This document shows, in pieces, positions 10,917-23,623 of a stretch of DNA of 64,000 nucleotides. The translations under genes were made by a program, and so were the position numbers. Under the pieces are notes generated by a model. The model searched no databases and was not told where the DNA came from. It was given only the letters and a program-made list of their open reading frames with translations. Location: contig OU015567.1 of assembly GCA_907165135.1 (NCBI GenBank), positions 14,508,001 to 14,572,000 of the forward strand, in the 5' to 3' direction. Each line of letters starts with the position of its first letter. The stretch's first letter is position 1. The stretch is from Oikopleura dioica (lineage: Eukaryota > Animalia > Chordata).

Positions 10917-13113
10917 TTAGAATAGATTCAAGAGGTCAGTGGCAGCAAGTGAAAGACGTGGGCAATCAAGCGATTGGCATTCTTCTAGCCACATTTTCCA
11001 AGTGATGTCCATCCAGATTTCTTGTTTAGTTGAAGCGATGCTCAGCAGACAAACTTGGTAAGATTTGATTATTACAAGTTTCAAATTCGTGTCATCTAAA
11101 GATAGAGTTTTATAAGAAAAGCGCTGACAAATTACCAATTCTTCTAAAAGTCGCGAGAAAATCTATGGAAGGAAGGACGTATTTCTCGATTTCGGGAATA
11201 TTATCCAAGAGAGAAATGATCTGGCCGACGAATGCAATCATTCTTGACAAGACGTCTTTATCGCACGTCTCCAACATCAACGTTCGTTTATTCGAATCCC
11301 AGCTGCGCAAGAAAGGAAAAAGAAAATATCCAGCGGCAGGATAAAACCGAGACTTGAGCATCTTCTCGCTTTTTGGGCGGCTTCCCCAGCGCCGTGATTG
11401 TGATTCAACTTTTGCGGAAAGCGCTAATTTTTCAAAGGCGATCTCTTCTTCAAGTTCTTCGAAGGGAAGGTCCGCCAATTGCTTTACGGCCTTCGATAGA
11501 GAGGCAAGAATGATCTGCCGTTTTTCTAGAGGCATTGACTCGGCATAAAATTCACCTAAAAATTAGAAAATGTTCGTACCAAAAAACTATTATTACCAAC
11601 AATCGCAGGAGCATAAAATTCCGGAGCCACAACTGCCAACGATTCTAGAGCATCACCCACGAGAGCAGCATCATTATCGTTAACAATTTCAAAATAAACG
11701 ATCCCTTTCAAAATCTCTTCCACAAGCTCCTTCGAAGAAACCTGATTGACCTTTGCTAAATACGGAATTGTTTCCAGCGCGGCGAGTTTGCGTTTAGTCT
11801 TCTCCGTTTTTGACATTGATTGGGGTAGATTTCTCTCGACCAAAATTCCACTGGCTTCCATAAGAAAGCGGGGACTGTATTTTGAAAGGTTCGGCGTTTC
11901 GAATTCGAATTGTTCGAATTCCAAGTCGTCGGAATCAAGACTTTCTCGATCATCATCATCATCATCATCGTCACAGTTTCCAGCATTGATTCTTTCATCT
12001 TCGACTTTTTGTTGGTTACCGTTCAAGAATTCGATTGTTCGCTCTCTGCTATCTTCGTGAACTTTATTTTGATCCGCTTGAAGGTCTTTATTCGTGATTG
12101 GAAAGTCAAGTTTGGCCTCTGAATCAAATACTGAGATGATCTTCTTGGCAGAAAGCATTCCAATATCTCGATTGTCGGACGCCGACTGAGCAAAGTGGTT
12201 TTTGAAGCCCAAAGAAACAGTGTTGATAATCTCCAATCGCATTTCATCCGGACATTTAGGAAGATAGTCGACTGAGAAGGCAATGATTTTCGAAACTTGG
12301 ATTCTTTGATCGACAGAAACCTTGATAACAATGTTTTCGTCCGCCCAGTAGTCAACTAAATGTTTCCATGTCTCCAGACCTGCGATAGCAACAATCCGTC
12401 CCATGTGAAACTGGCCATTTTGATTGAGTAATCGACCGGTGCATATTCGAAGCAAGTTGAAGTTTTTAGCGAGAAATATGTCGACAAGAGGAAATACCAA
12501 TGTTTGAAATGAAAAAGGCGGACAGTAGTTTATGAATGATTCAAGGAAGTTTCTTCTCGCGCGAAAACGGAGATTTTTGGCAACGTCTTTCGCTAATTCA
12601 GCTTCGTCTATCACTATCTGAGCAAACTCGTGCAGAAATAGGGCTGATTCTTTCGATTGTGACACATTCGCGAACGTGAGATCAAGTAACGCACAAGTCT
12701 TCTTGACATCTCTCTGGCGTAAAAGGCAACAAGCGAGATTCTCCAAATTTTGCATAAAATTTTGATGCTTCAAATTCGTCGGTAAAGCTCCTTTATTTAC
12801 ATTTGCAAAGCGAGTTGGTAGATTCCAGATAAAATTGAGGAAATCAACGAAGACTTTCTGCTGCACGCTACTTAGAGCTATTCTTTCAAGGACTTCGTAT
12901 GATGAGCAGAAGCCAACGAAGTCGGATAAAACTGGAAAGATCAATGTCGAGTCGGCAAGAATATTCTTCAGAGAGCAAATGACTTGGATCATTTTCGCAG
13001 GAGAGGATGAAATAAGATCAGCGCAAAGTTTTTCCAGCGCGTCAGAGTCTGAGCTTTTCCCATTCTTTTAATTCCAAAAAATGTTCCGGAAGTTTTGTCA
13101 AAACATCCAACAT
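10917..13113 (-). CDS. TELO2: TEL2/TELO2 (TTT complex subunit)
   Basis: Helical protein with RDIGMLSAKKI, acidic SLDSDDLEFEQF (CK2/PIH1-type DSDD motif) and FYPAAGYFLFP. The start is 13113 (needs a non-GT donor) or 12992. Confidence 0.75.
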
Positions 13114-13198
13114 TCTTATATTGGGCATTATAAATTTAAGAAATAAATTATTAAAAGTAAAGATTGTTAAGAAAATAAGAAAGAAAGTTTTGTTTTTA

Positions 13199-15525
13199 TC
13201 AAGAACTGTGGCGGAGTGCAATGAATGATTTGAAATCAGCTTTTGAAAAGCTCAATTTAGACATATTTTTCCATAGAGGTTCCTCGAGCTCTGGAATTTC
13301 GAGAGGTAGAGAAGCGTTGAGGAGATTCGATGGAGATGGCGAGTCTTCTTCATTTGTGTCGAAGACAAGATCGTACGATTCCGTACTAAAATGACTATTT
13401 TGTATTGTTCGTTGTCAAGGGAAACTTGCCATTCTACTGTAAGATCACAATACGCATCCAAGACGGCTGAGTCTAGCGAACACGAGCTTCTACCAAGTTG
13501 CTCCAATAAGAGCACTACTTCTTGATTCTTCGGCGTGTTAGCCTTTCTCAGATAATACACGACTCGTTCGAGAATAACCCTTTCCGGCTTGAGCATGTAA
13601 TATTTTGACGCCTCTAAGAATGATTAAAGCAGCTCATATTTTCGATAAGACATACCTAGTAAAAGATCCGAGTATTTCTGGAAAGAGTCCAAACATTATC
13701 TGACATTTCTGCTAAAATACCAATCACATTCAGCTCTGCCGAATGAGTGCGATGGAGAATTTGAAACACCGGAATAATTATGTGCTCGTCTATGTCTTCA
13801 AGGAAAACTCGCATGGATTTCTCCAACACTCTTTGGGTTATCAGTTTCATGAATGTTTCAGGGTCCCATGTTTTGAATTGGTCCAGGAAAAATGATTGAA
13901 TAGTTGATTTACAAGTTGTTTGACAGTTGATAGTTTCTTCGTCAACGAGAATATCACTGTCTTCTCCTGATTTGTTGAATAATTCATCAAAAGTAATTGG
14001 CAGATAGGCCTCTTCCTCTGGTAACCGGATTTTCTTAAAATCAGGAGAGAAAGCAGCTATTTCTTCGGTAGGGCCGAATTGAAGCATTAGTTTTATATAC
14101 AAACGATAAATTTTTGAACGCAAGTTTTCAGTTTGATTGGTGATTTTTAGCCGTTGAAGAAGATGAAGATGCTGTGCGCCAAGATGAATAGCTAGTTGAA
14201 GGTCTTTTTGAAGATTTGAAGAGCGATTTCTGCTGGAGATACTTTGTAGAAGATACTGGAAGATGTAACTGAAGGAGTCGCAAAAAGTGCTCAAATATAT
14301 TTCCAAATGCGCGAGACATGAATCTTTCGTCAAAGTAGCCCGAAGAGATGCCAGCTTTCTCCAGTAGAGACGTATCATCGGTGTTGCAGAGTCCCTCTCC
14401 ATCGGCCTCTTCGGGAATTCTATGTCAAGACTTTCCTGGCAGTTGAAAATCATCAGAATTGAAGATAAACAAGACTTTTGCAAATAAGCGTCAACAAGAG
14501 ATAATGAAGATTTGAGCTGATCATGGACGTCTCGAATCCAGGAGGGGAGGATCTTCGAGAGCTCTTCAAGTTTCTTGATCACTAGTCTCAGACTATTCGA
14601 CAGAATGACCATATTTTTGGTCGTTGTCAAAGGAAGAACTTCTTTTATCATCCACGAAATACGCTTGCTCACTTCGATAAATTTAATCAAACTAAAAAAG
14701 ACAGAATTTCTACCTGATAAAGCAGTCCTTTCAAGAGCTATATTTGCCCTCGAAAAAGCAATAGGTGATAATTCATTCAAAAAGAATCCAAACTGCTCGA
14801 AAACTATTGGCGGAAAATCATCTGAAGCATTCTTGAACGTCTTACAGTCATCCTGCAAGATCCAGAACTGGATTTCTTCTTCTGAAGAACTTTCCATGGG
14901 TACCAATTTACTTATCGGGGTATAGTTTGGCGATTCTTCAGAAAATATTGAGATCAGAGCGGCGAGTTGATACAGCTTTGCCCATGGGATGAGGCCGTTA
15001 CCATCGACAGAAGCTGACAGTAGCTCTCCGATGGATTTAGTTTTGAACAACTTCGTTTGCGATGAAAGCAATTTACTAGAAGCGGACTCGCTGAATTGAA
15101 TGACGTGCTTCATGTAACTGTTAGATATCAGATTCGTTATCGTAAAATTACTGGAAAAATGCTTCAGCACGAATTCATCCGTAACAAGCCAGAAGCCGAC
15201 AAGAAGGAGAAAATATTCTGGAGCAGGGCGATCGCGAATAGCATCAGCAATAACTCGCTCTCTACATCGCTGATAGACTTTGCAAACTTCGCCGTGAGGA
15301 GAAAATTGTTTCAGACCTTCAAGGATGACAAGGATCTCGAACACACGCTAAAAGCATAAATTTATTTATCCAAAATTTTTATAAACGTACGTGTTTTTCT
15401 AAAGCTCTTAAAATGCAGCCTAAGCTCGATTTCGACAAGTCCTGCGGGATAAAAACTAAATGCTTCAAAAGTTCACTCTCAAACTCATGGATTTCAGACA
15501 GTTCAACAGATTCACTCATTTTCAT
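13199..15525 (-). CDS. Uncharacterised helical protein, possibly KIAA0825/DUF4495-like
   Basis: Exon 1 MKMSESVEL...LEKH, GT-AG intron, long ORF 13656-15344, then 3' exons to ...IALRHSS*. The family guess rests on remembered weak similarity around ERDSATPMIRLYW and SRNRSSNLQKDL. Confidence 0.6.
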
Positions 15526-15584
15526 CTCATTCTAAATAATATCAAAACCAGATGAGCTTATTTCAAATGGAAAGCAATTCGAGT

Positions 15585-18500
15585 TTATTTCGACACTTCT
15601 TTCTGCAGATTTGAATAAATTTTCTTTTTGATATCTTTGTTCTGTCGCTGGCGCTTGAGCTGTTGCTTCTTTATAAGCGCCTTGTACTTTTCTGTTCGAG
15701 CCTTCGAATCTGCCTTTCGTTTTTCTTTTCTCTCGTTTTGCGCTGCTCCCAGAATATTGAACAGAGCGGCAACCTAGAATAATGGTTTTGTAAACGGAAA
15801 TCATCGATGAGAATTTCACCTTCTTGTCTTTCTCTTCTCTGATGACAGGCACTCTCGAGGCCTTGTTTACGCCTGCAATCTGTTTCTGCTGATTTTTCAT
15901 CTTCGTTTTGAAAGGAAGATCCTTCTTTAGTTCCTTTGGCAACACCAATTTGTTAAACACGCGTTTCTTTCGTTGGACAGGTTTGTAAAGCGAGTCTGAT
16001 CGCTGCTTGAGCTTGATGTCTCGCTCCTTTCGGATTTCTCCGGCGGTTTTCAGTCCTTGCCAATCGGATTTCTTTGACTCTTCCTATTACCAACAGAATC
16101 AGAGAAGCATAAAAAAGGATAAATTACCTGTAACAAGTTTGTGACCGGCAGATACATCGACGGAATCGCCAAGTTTACCCAAGTCTTGCAGAAGATAATA
16201 TCAGAGTATTGCACTCGATCTTCGAAGGTTATTCTGACAACGCCCTCCGGCTTCCGTAGTGACTTTTTGATGATGCCTCGGATTCCAGAAACAGTTCGAA
16301 CTTGCGCTCCTTCAAACTTGGCGGCCTCAATTTGACTTGTGAACATATCCTTAACGAATGCCGTATTTTTGTAGACCTTCATTGGGTAACCGATCAGCTT
16401 GAGTTTCTTGACGACCTTGGCAGAGTGATCCTGGTGAAGCACTTAATAACAATTTTTTTAAAAATAGTCGTTTACAGTTCTTACCTGTTCCAGTTGCACA
16501 AATTCTAAAGCCAGGTTGTCCATTCGCCATTTTCTGAACAGCTAAGAAACCAGTTCCTTGTGGCGCGACTGGAGCCAAAGTGGTCGCCCAGCAGTGCATA
16601 TGTTCTGGCGTATACTTCAGGAATCTCTGCCTCATGTTGTGATCCTGCATGTAGTAGAGCGGCATGGTCTGGAATCTTCTCCATCCGAGAGAGACAATTA
16701 ATGGATCTCGCGATTTGAGTACTGGGCGAGGGAACCATCGATGTCTTTTAATTCTCATCTGCACAGTACTCCTCTGTTGTTCGGAAGGGAGAAGACCTCC
16801 GACGATTAGAGGGTATTTAATTTCCATGTTTTCAAGGAATTCTGCGGGAAAGTTCTCGAATTCCATGCGAAGATAGAGTCCAGCGCGGTAGCCTTCGTAG
16901 TTGATTCTCAAATCATCGGCTAGATCGGCAAATTCACTAAACTGTGATGAGAAATTAGTTGATGAAGTCTCATTACTTTTTATTTCTAGCTGCAATGGCT
17001 TCAGTTTCCTTCTTCCACTCTTCGAAAAAACCAGCTGTTGGATCACCCTTATCATCGTATTCTTGGTTGAAGGCCTCTTTCAATTTTTGTTTCTTTTCCC
17101 AGATTTTCTGTTTCTTCGTCTTCTCGTCTTCTTTGCTTTCTTCAACCTCCATAGCTTCAGTTTCCTCTTCTTCAAAGCCATCATCATTTTCTTCTGAGCC
17201 TAAAAAACGTTACTATCTGATATTGTAATGATTCAATACCGCTCTCGTCGTCCAAAGATTTCTCTAAATCTTCAAAATCGCCATAAAGGGCATCATCTTC
17301 TTCCAGTAATTTTTCGGCATCTTCCTCACCCCAGTCCCCCGTAACAAAGCTGTCCTTGATCATAGCGGCTAATTGCTCAACTCTCGATAGAATGTCATCC
17401 TCATCATCAATAGCATTTGTGGCGATAAAGGGCTTTTTCGTCTCGTCCTTGTCATTGATTTCACTCGATTTTTCCATGATCTTTACAAAGAAATCGCCGA
17501 CTTCTGATTTTTCTGTATTTTCTTGCAACTTTGTTGGGTCTGTATCGTAGACTAGTGCTTTTAGATTAACTGAAGATGATTGCCGAGCGTAAAAGCTATT
17601 GGAAGCACGTGTATGCATGTCATTCTTGAATGCGAGATCATCTTCTGACTCTGGTTCGCTTCCTTCAAGTTCTTGTTGCATTTCAAGAAGCTTGCCGTCC
17701 ATTTCATTCGCGTCAAAGTCTTCACCTTCTCCATCCGAATCCGAGGCCACTTCTCTTTTTTCGAGCCCTTCAATTTCGTCCTCGGACTCTTCTTCTTCTC
17801 CCGAGTTTTCGTCCTCTTCGTTGTCATCATCATCGTCGTCGTCTTCTTCGCCTTCAAAGTTTGCAGGTCGCCTCTCGACTTCATTACCACCGGCAAGAAG
17901 TGTCAGCAATTCGCCTCCGCTCTCTTTCATTTTTGACTGGAGATTAGCATCAGCCATTTTGTTCAGAAACTCTTCTCCTTCTCTTGGCCCGTCATGCTCT
18001 GCCTTGTCAACGTCGAGGTAGACTGCGTCTTTGTCGTACATGAATCCTCCTTGTCCGGTCAAAGGAGCGTAGAGGATTCTCTCCTTCTGATTCAAAGATC
18101 GTTTTTTCTGTTCTTTCGGAAGGGGTGCTGGGTCAGGAAGATGCGTCACAGAAGACGGCACGAAGTCACCAACACCGGCGATATGAACATGATAAGAAGG
18201 ATTCATATGAGCTCCTCTTGAGAAGCCATAAAGAGCAACGGTTCTATCCGTTTTCTTATTCTTTGAGAGCTCCTCGGGATCTGTGAGATCCTCAACTCTG
18301 TCGACGAGAACATATGGATGATTTTGGCGCCACATGATCGGACGAAATTTGATAACGGAAATGAAACGGGCAAGATTGGAAATTTCCTGATTCATGTACT
18401 GGCCTTCTTGGGCAAGACGAGAGAGGTAGAAGAGTTTTGCGCCTTGGTACAGTTCTGTCCAAAAACGATGCTTGAGCTTCGTTTTGATTTTCTTTTGCTT

Positions 18501-19155
18501 ATCGCCAACTGGGACGAGATCAAGATGAGTGAGGACTCCCATTACTCTTGGCATACCATGGACTTGCGCGACGTTTAAAAACTCAAACACCTCCATTTCA
18601 AAGCCGAAACTAGCGTCAACCATCAAAAGAACCAAATCAGCAACTTTTGCGATGTCAATCATCGAGTTCAAGTCATTCGGACACTCGATGAAGGTGATTC
18701 TTCTGTATTTGCCCGAAACGACTGTTATCGGACCGTCCACACGATTCATCTTTTGTTTTGTGTAATGTTTCACGAGGGAGCGGACAAGGGTTGATTTTCC
18801 AACTTTTGCCGGGCCGACAATTGCGACGATTATTGGAGGCGGCTCGTCAGTTTCCCTCTTGACGACTGGGATAAAAGTCTTGTTGCTTTTCCTGTCTTGA
18901 GCAAGACGGAAGCCTTTGTTCATATTCACAGCGGATTGAACTCCAAAAGCCTAAAAATAATGAGATCTTTTCCAAAAGATTCTCCTCGAGTACCTTAGGA
19001 TTCCGCTTTTGTGAACCCGCACGTTCTTTTTCCTGGCGTTTTTCATCGATTTCGGAGTGAAACGAGTGCTCGGATTTGTTTGCCTTTTTATCGTGGCCTC
19101 GACCAGCTCGGGAGGCACGATGCTGTTTAGACTTTCGCTCCTCGTCACCGTCCAT
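15585..19155 (-). CDS. BMS1: Ribosome biogenesis GTPase BMS1
   Basis: PPPIIVAIVGPAKVGKSTL, RRITFIECPNDLNSMID, HGMPRVMGVLTHLD, GYRAGLYLR, RIKRHRW, WRRFQTMP, KLKLIGYP, FEGAQVRTVSGIRG. Confidence 0.96.
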
Positions 19156-19461
19156 TCTAGGGTTTGGAATAAGCTTGGGCCTAAAGATTGAATTTTTTTA
19201 AGTTTTGAAAGTAATTGCACATGATAAATGAATAGGTTTTGAAAATTGCGGAACAGTATTCATAGATAAAAATAGGTACTACAACTGGAACATATGAATC
19301 ATCGAACTGGCATTGAAATGTCTACATACACATGTCTAATCTCTACGATATTTTTCTATCATTACATATTCTTAGAAGCAGTAGAAATCGTCAGAACTTT
19401 TGGAAAAAGTACATGAAGAAACACACCAACTGATGAGAATCTATAATTCTCATCGAATAAA

Positions 19462-22400
19462 TTAGGCATTGAAATGGAAAACTTTGATCTTCATTGGCTC
19501 TAAATCGACCTCCTTCACATTTTCCTTCCTTGTATCGAGGAGCGTCAAGCTCGTTTCTGATGCTTTTGCATTTGAAAAAACTGAAAAGTTTCGTGATTGA
19601 AAGCTCGGCGAGTAAAATTTACCGTCGAGGGAAATGGGCCAAGAGGAGTCTTCAAGAGGAAGTATTTGCGAAAGGGAGCAGTCCGATCCATAGCGACGTA
19701 GAATAAGGGCCACTGAAATATTTGGGGAACCATTCACCCTAAAATTAGGAAGTTAGCTACACAAGTTTAGTTTTGCGCTTACTTGGTGGGTCTCAAGTTG
19801 ACAAGTTTGGCATCGTGAGGCAGTGGTGCTGAGGCTTTCAACCCAGTAAAAGATGAATCCTTCGTAACTGAACCAGTCAGAATCGAGGCAAGGAAGGGAG
19901 AATGCGTGTATTCTGATAGTCTGTTCGCATACGGCGACTAAACAGTTAGGACTTGTTTCAAACGATATTCATTTACCAGATAAATCGAATCAGCAGATGT
20001 AGAAGGTGATGTTGATTCAAGAAGAAGTTTGAAAGAACCTTTTGTAATTGAGTTGTCTTTGACTGGCTGGCCCATTCCTCTGGAATCATCTTGAGCGAGA
20101 GTCCTGTCGAGCCATATCTAAGAAAAAAGGTTGAAAGTGAGCCAATTTAAGTGATTTTTAATACCTCTATTTCACCATCCCTCTGGGAGGTAACACCAGA
20201 AGATTGTTGAGTAAGGATGGTCAATCGTTTTTGATTATCTAAAAGAATTTTATATTAGATTTAACAAAAAACTTTACCTTGAATGTAAGCAGAAGAGACA
20301 ATAGGATAAACATTTCCCTGAATCGTCAGTTTATCGTAATAAACCTTCTTTGTTATCGTCAGACCATTCAAATCAGTAAACAGCGTTCTGTGATTTTGAA
20401 CATCCGAACGGACCTGCATAACCATTTCGTAATTGGTCTCGCCTCTCACATCAACGAAGGTATCAATCAAAACAGCGCCAGAACTAACGCCACATTTGAC
20501 AACAGAAAGTCGATGCATAATTCGCTCAGCGCCGACTTGTACTTCGTCGATTACAGGACCGGAAATGATTCGGTATCCGCCTTTTTTAGTTTCAAAAGAC
20601 TTACAAGAATCTAAGAGTTAGACTCTAACATAATGCTGTCTTTCAAAACTATTCCTTGATCTTGCTGACCAAAAACAGGGACAGAAAGCTTGTCCGGTGC
20701 AAATAAATACGATCCAGAATTATCCTGCGAGTTTCCTCTTCCTCTGCAGCCATATTTGGCAAATTGCAATTGTGTCGAGTGCAATCTTCCATCGATACTG
20801 ATCTCCTTGAGAAGTCCATTTTTACCGTTGAGAATTACTTTAACATTTGGCGAGACCAGTTGAGGATCTCCGCTAACTCTGCTCGTTGAAAACTTAGATT
20901 CGATGTTGCTTCCGTCTGCGGATCCTCCAAGACTTATTTTCGCAAGAGGAACCTCTTGACTTGAGCTTGGACAAAGCTTTACTCGTCTCGTCGACAAGCC
21001 ATCGACATTGACCATGAGAAGGAGCTCGAAAGAGTTGCTGTCAGAAATTCTACCTTCAAAGTGGTCGTTCTTCACAACGTCCCACCATGGATTCAGTTGA
21101 GCAAGTGGCTTGCTTCCGTCCATGTACCTTGCCGAAATTTGATTGGAGTTAACTTTCACTCTAACAAGATCTTCTGTTTTGTGCAATAAAGAGTTGAATA
21201 CATCCAAGTAAGCACACCCTTCGCCGATTTCAACCGTCTTAGCGACTGGAAGCTTCCCTCTCTCGCTCAAGTCTTCTTCCAAATAATAAGCCACGACGTT
21301 TTCTTCTGAAATAGCCGAAAGAGTTTTCGAGTATGCTTCCTTTAAGTTTTTGTATCCCGAAAGAAGGTGATCAGCATAATCCCGATGGACAAAGTCCTTC
21401 TCTGTTCCAGTGATAGCATCGTGATGCTGGAACAAATCGACCTCACGTCTTCCCGCCCGAATTTTCTTGTAAATTTCATCAGCTACATTTGAAGCAATCT
21501 TGCCGCTGATAAGACCAATAGAGAGCATTGTATCCGATGCTTGCATCAAATGCTCTAGTCGTCGATCAAACCATTTTAAAAACGGCCTCGAGTTGAAGAA
21601 TCCTGTCCAATAATTAGTAGTTCGATCTGCGTATGAGAAAAAGTCTCCCGAGATAGATGGATTTTCCGCAATCGGGCGAGCTTTATCGACCAGAGCAAAG
21701 TAATCTTTTAATGTTCCGAACTTGGCCTCAGCATTCAATGTCGGAGTATTGCTGATAAACTCAAAGAGCTTCTCGTAATTTGTAAATTGCGCTTCTGCTT
21801 CAGCATCAGAATCATATCGGAAATCGTCGCCGAGAAGAGTGAGCACAACGCGGGTGTTTTCCTTGGTTCCTTTCGCATAGAGTTTGGATTTCTTACGATA
21901 TTGATCAAGAAGAACTCTTGCTCGCTCAGCAACGTTTGTTTTTGTAATTTCCACGGGTTCTTTTCGCCATGGACAAGTGACTGGCGGCGATACTTTGCGA
22001 AGTCTTCTGAAGTCGAACTGGCAGCAAACACTTGGATCTGGTCCGCAGGTGTGCGGCACATCGTAGGAGTAGAAAGGCATCATATGCGTGAAAGTTTCGT
22101 CCGAACCAGTATTATCGAATGATTGTCGCCAGTTGAATTCGAGAATGTTTTGCTCCGCAAAATGCTTCTTTACGACGTAATGAGTGCGCTGAATGAGCAT
22201 GTGGTCGATCCCAGCGAGATGGTTCAGATAAGCTGTTGTTGGAGAAGCTCCGAAGGTATCACAATTGTAGCCGTTTTTGGGATGATAGTCGAAATGCTTC
22301 TTGAGCCACTGATGTCCCTCGATCAGTTGATCCGACATTGCGAAGTAGTGGCTAGGCGCTTCTTCCGTCATCACCCAGCCGCCCGTTACGATTTCAATTT

Positions 22401-23127
22401 GACCGCTTTTGAGAAGTGTGGTAAAACGCGACTTGTAATCTTGACTAACACTCGGGTCATCAAACCACATATTCAAGAAGACCGTTTCCGCCCAAATAAA
22501 CTTTCTGAGCGGGTTTTTGGACAAGGCGTCGACAATCACCTTCAAAATCGTTCTGGTCTGTCCCGTGTAGTAGGTATCCAATGTCTTTACCCAGCCAGGA
22601 TCGTTGTGCGAGTGTGGCATCAGAATAATCTGCAGCTTGGTGTCCATCCATTCTGCATCGGTCGATTTTATCTCCCAGCCTTGTTTCCAAACGCCCCCAT
22701 CGCGGTCAACAAAGTCCCATTCTTCATAGAACTTGTCCACGTGATAGGTTGAGCCGGAGCCTCTGTAAGGAACAGTAGCTGCGCATTGACCATTGTCGCT
22801 TTTTGGAGCGAGGATTTTCTCGAACGGGCTTTTCAGCTGCGATTGAATTTCGGACAAAACGGCATCGTCGCCATTGTTGGTCTTTTCGACGTTTATCAAG
22901 ACGTCGAGCTTCTCTTTGATAGACGAGAGGATCTTGACATTGCCTCTTGCTTCGTCCTCTAACTGCTTGATCTTTGAGTTTAGGAGGGAGATTTCGTCTT
23001 CAATTGGTGGAATCTCCCGTAGTCCCTTTTCCGTCTCTTCTTTTGCCCTCGAAAAGGCCCAGAAAGAGTAGCAGATAAAGCAAAGAACGAGGAAAAACGC
23101 GAGGACAGAAGACTTGCGAATTCTCAT
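19462..23127 (-). CDS. MAN2A: Golgi alpha-mannosidase II (GH38), type II membrane protein
   Basis: N-terminal TM helix, PHSHNDPGW, EIVTGGWVMTEEA, QRTHY, HMMPFYSYDVPHTCGPDP, LGDDFRY, YWTGFF, LFQHHDAITGT. Further 3' exons continue to ...IKVFHFNA*. Confidence 0.95.
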
Positions 23128-23330
23128 TTTGAATTATGCGTGATAGTGACTGCGATTGCGATGAAAACCCAGAGAGCGGCAAGAAGAGTGACTGGCACCA
23201 AATAACGAATCTCAGGAAACAAAACTTCTAACAAGAGATTGCCCTCGATGAAAGGGCGAACGAGAATCCACGCGGTGAAGTAAGCAAAAGTCCCGAGAGT
23301 CGTTGCATGTAAGAAATGGGCGCTACTCAT
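23124..23330 (-). CDS. DPM2: Dolichol-phosphate mannosyltransferase subunit 2
   Basis: 68 aa with two TM segments. FAYFTAWILVRPFIE...LFP..RY matches the DPM2 pattern F(T)YYTAWV..LPF...F.P..Y. Confidence 0.8.
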   Translation of the reverse strand: MSSAHFLHATTLGTFAYFTAWILVRPFIEGNLLLEVLFPEIRYLVPVTLLAALWVFIAIAVTITHNSK

Positions 23331-23623
23331 GCAAATCTGCCATTCTAGTTGTTTTTGTAAAGTATCGACTAGTACAGTACATTTCGAAGATGCAACGGAT
23401 TTTTGAGTTTAGGTAAAGTGGATTGACAGTGAAATTAAACGGGAACGAAAAAGAAATAAAATGATATTTTGAACTGAAGATGTATTTTGCATTGAAGAGT
23501 CGTTAATAAGTGGATAGGTAGATTCAAAAAATGAAGAAAGAATGAATGATTTGTTGTTTTCGAACTGGGATTTTGCGAAACAGTGAAAATGAAGAAATTT
23601 GTTTTGGAAATGAAGAAAAGAGT

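Noticed and set aside
17356-18578. Antisense and alternate-frame ORFs over BMS1 (likewise over MAN2A, WDFY3 and the giant ORF)
   Set aside because: Shadow ORFs of real coding sequence; the Ser-rich ones mirror acidic tracts.
23124-23330. Bacterial origin suggested by the ATGA overlap and operon spacing
   Set aside because: All neighbours are eukaryotic genes with spliceosomal introns.
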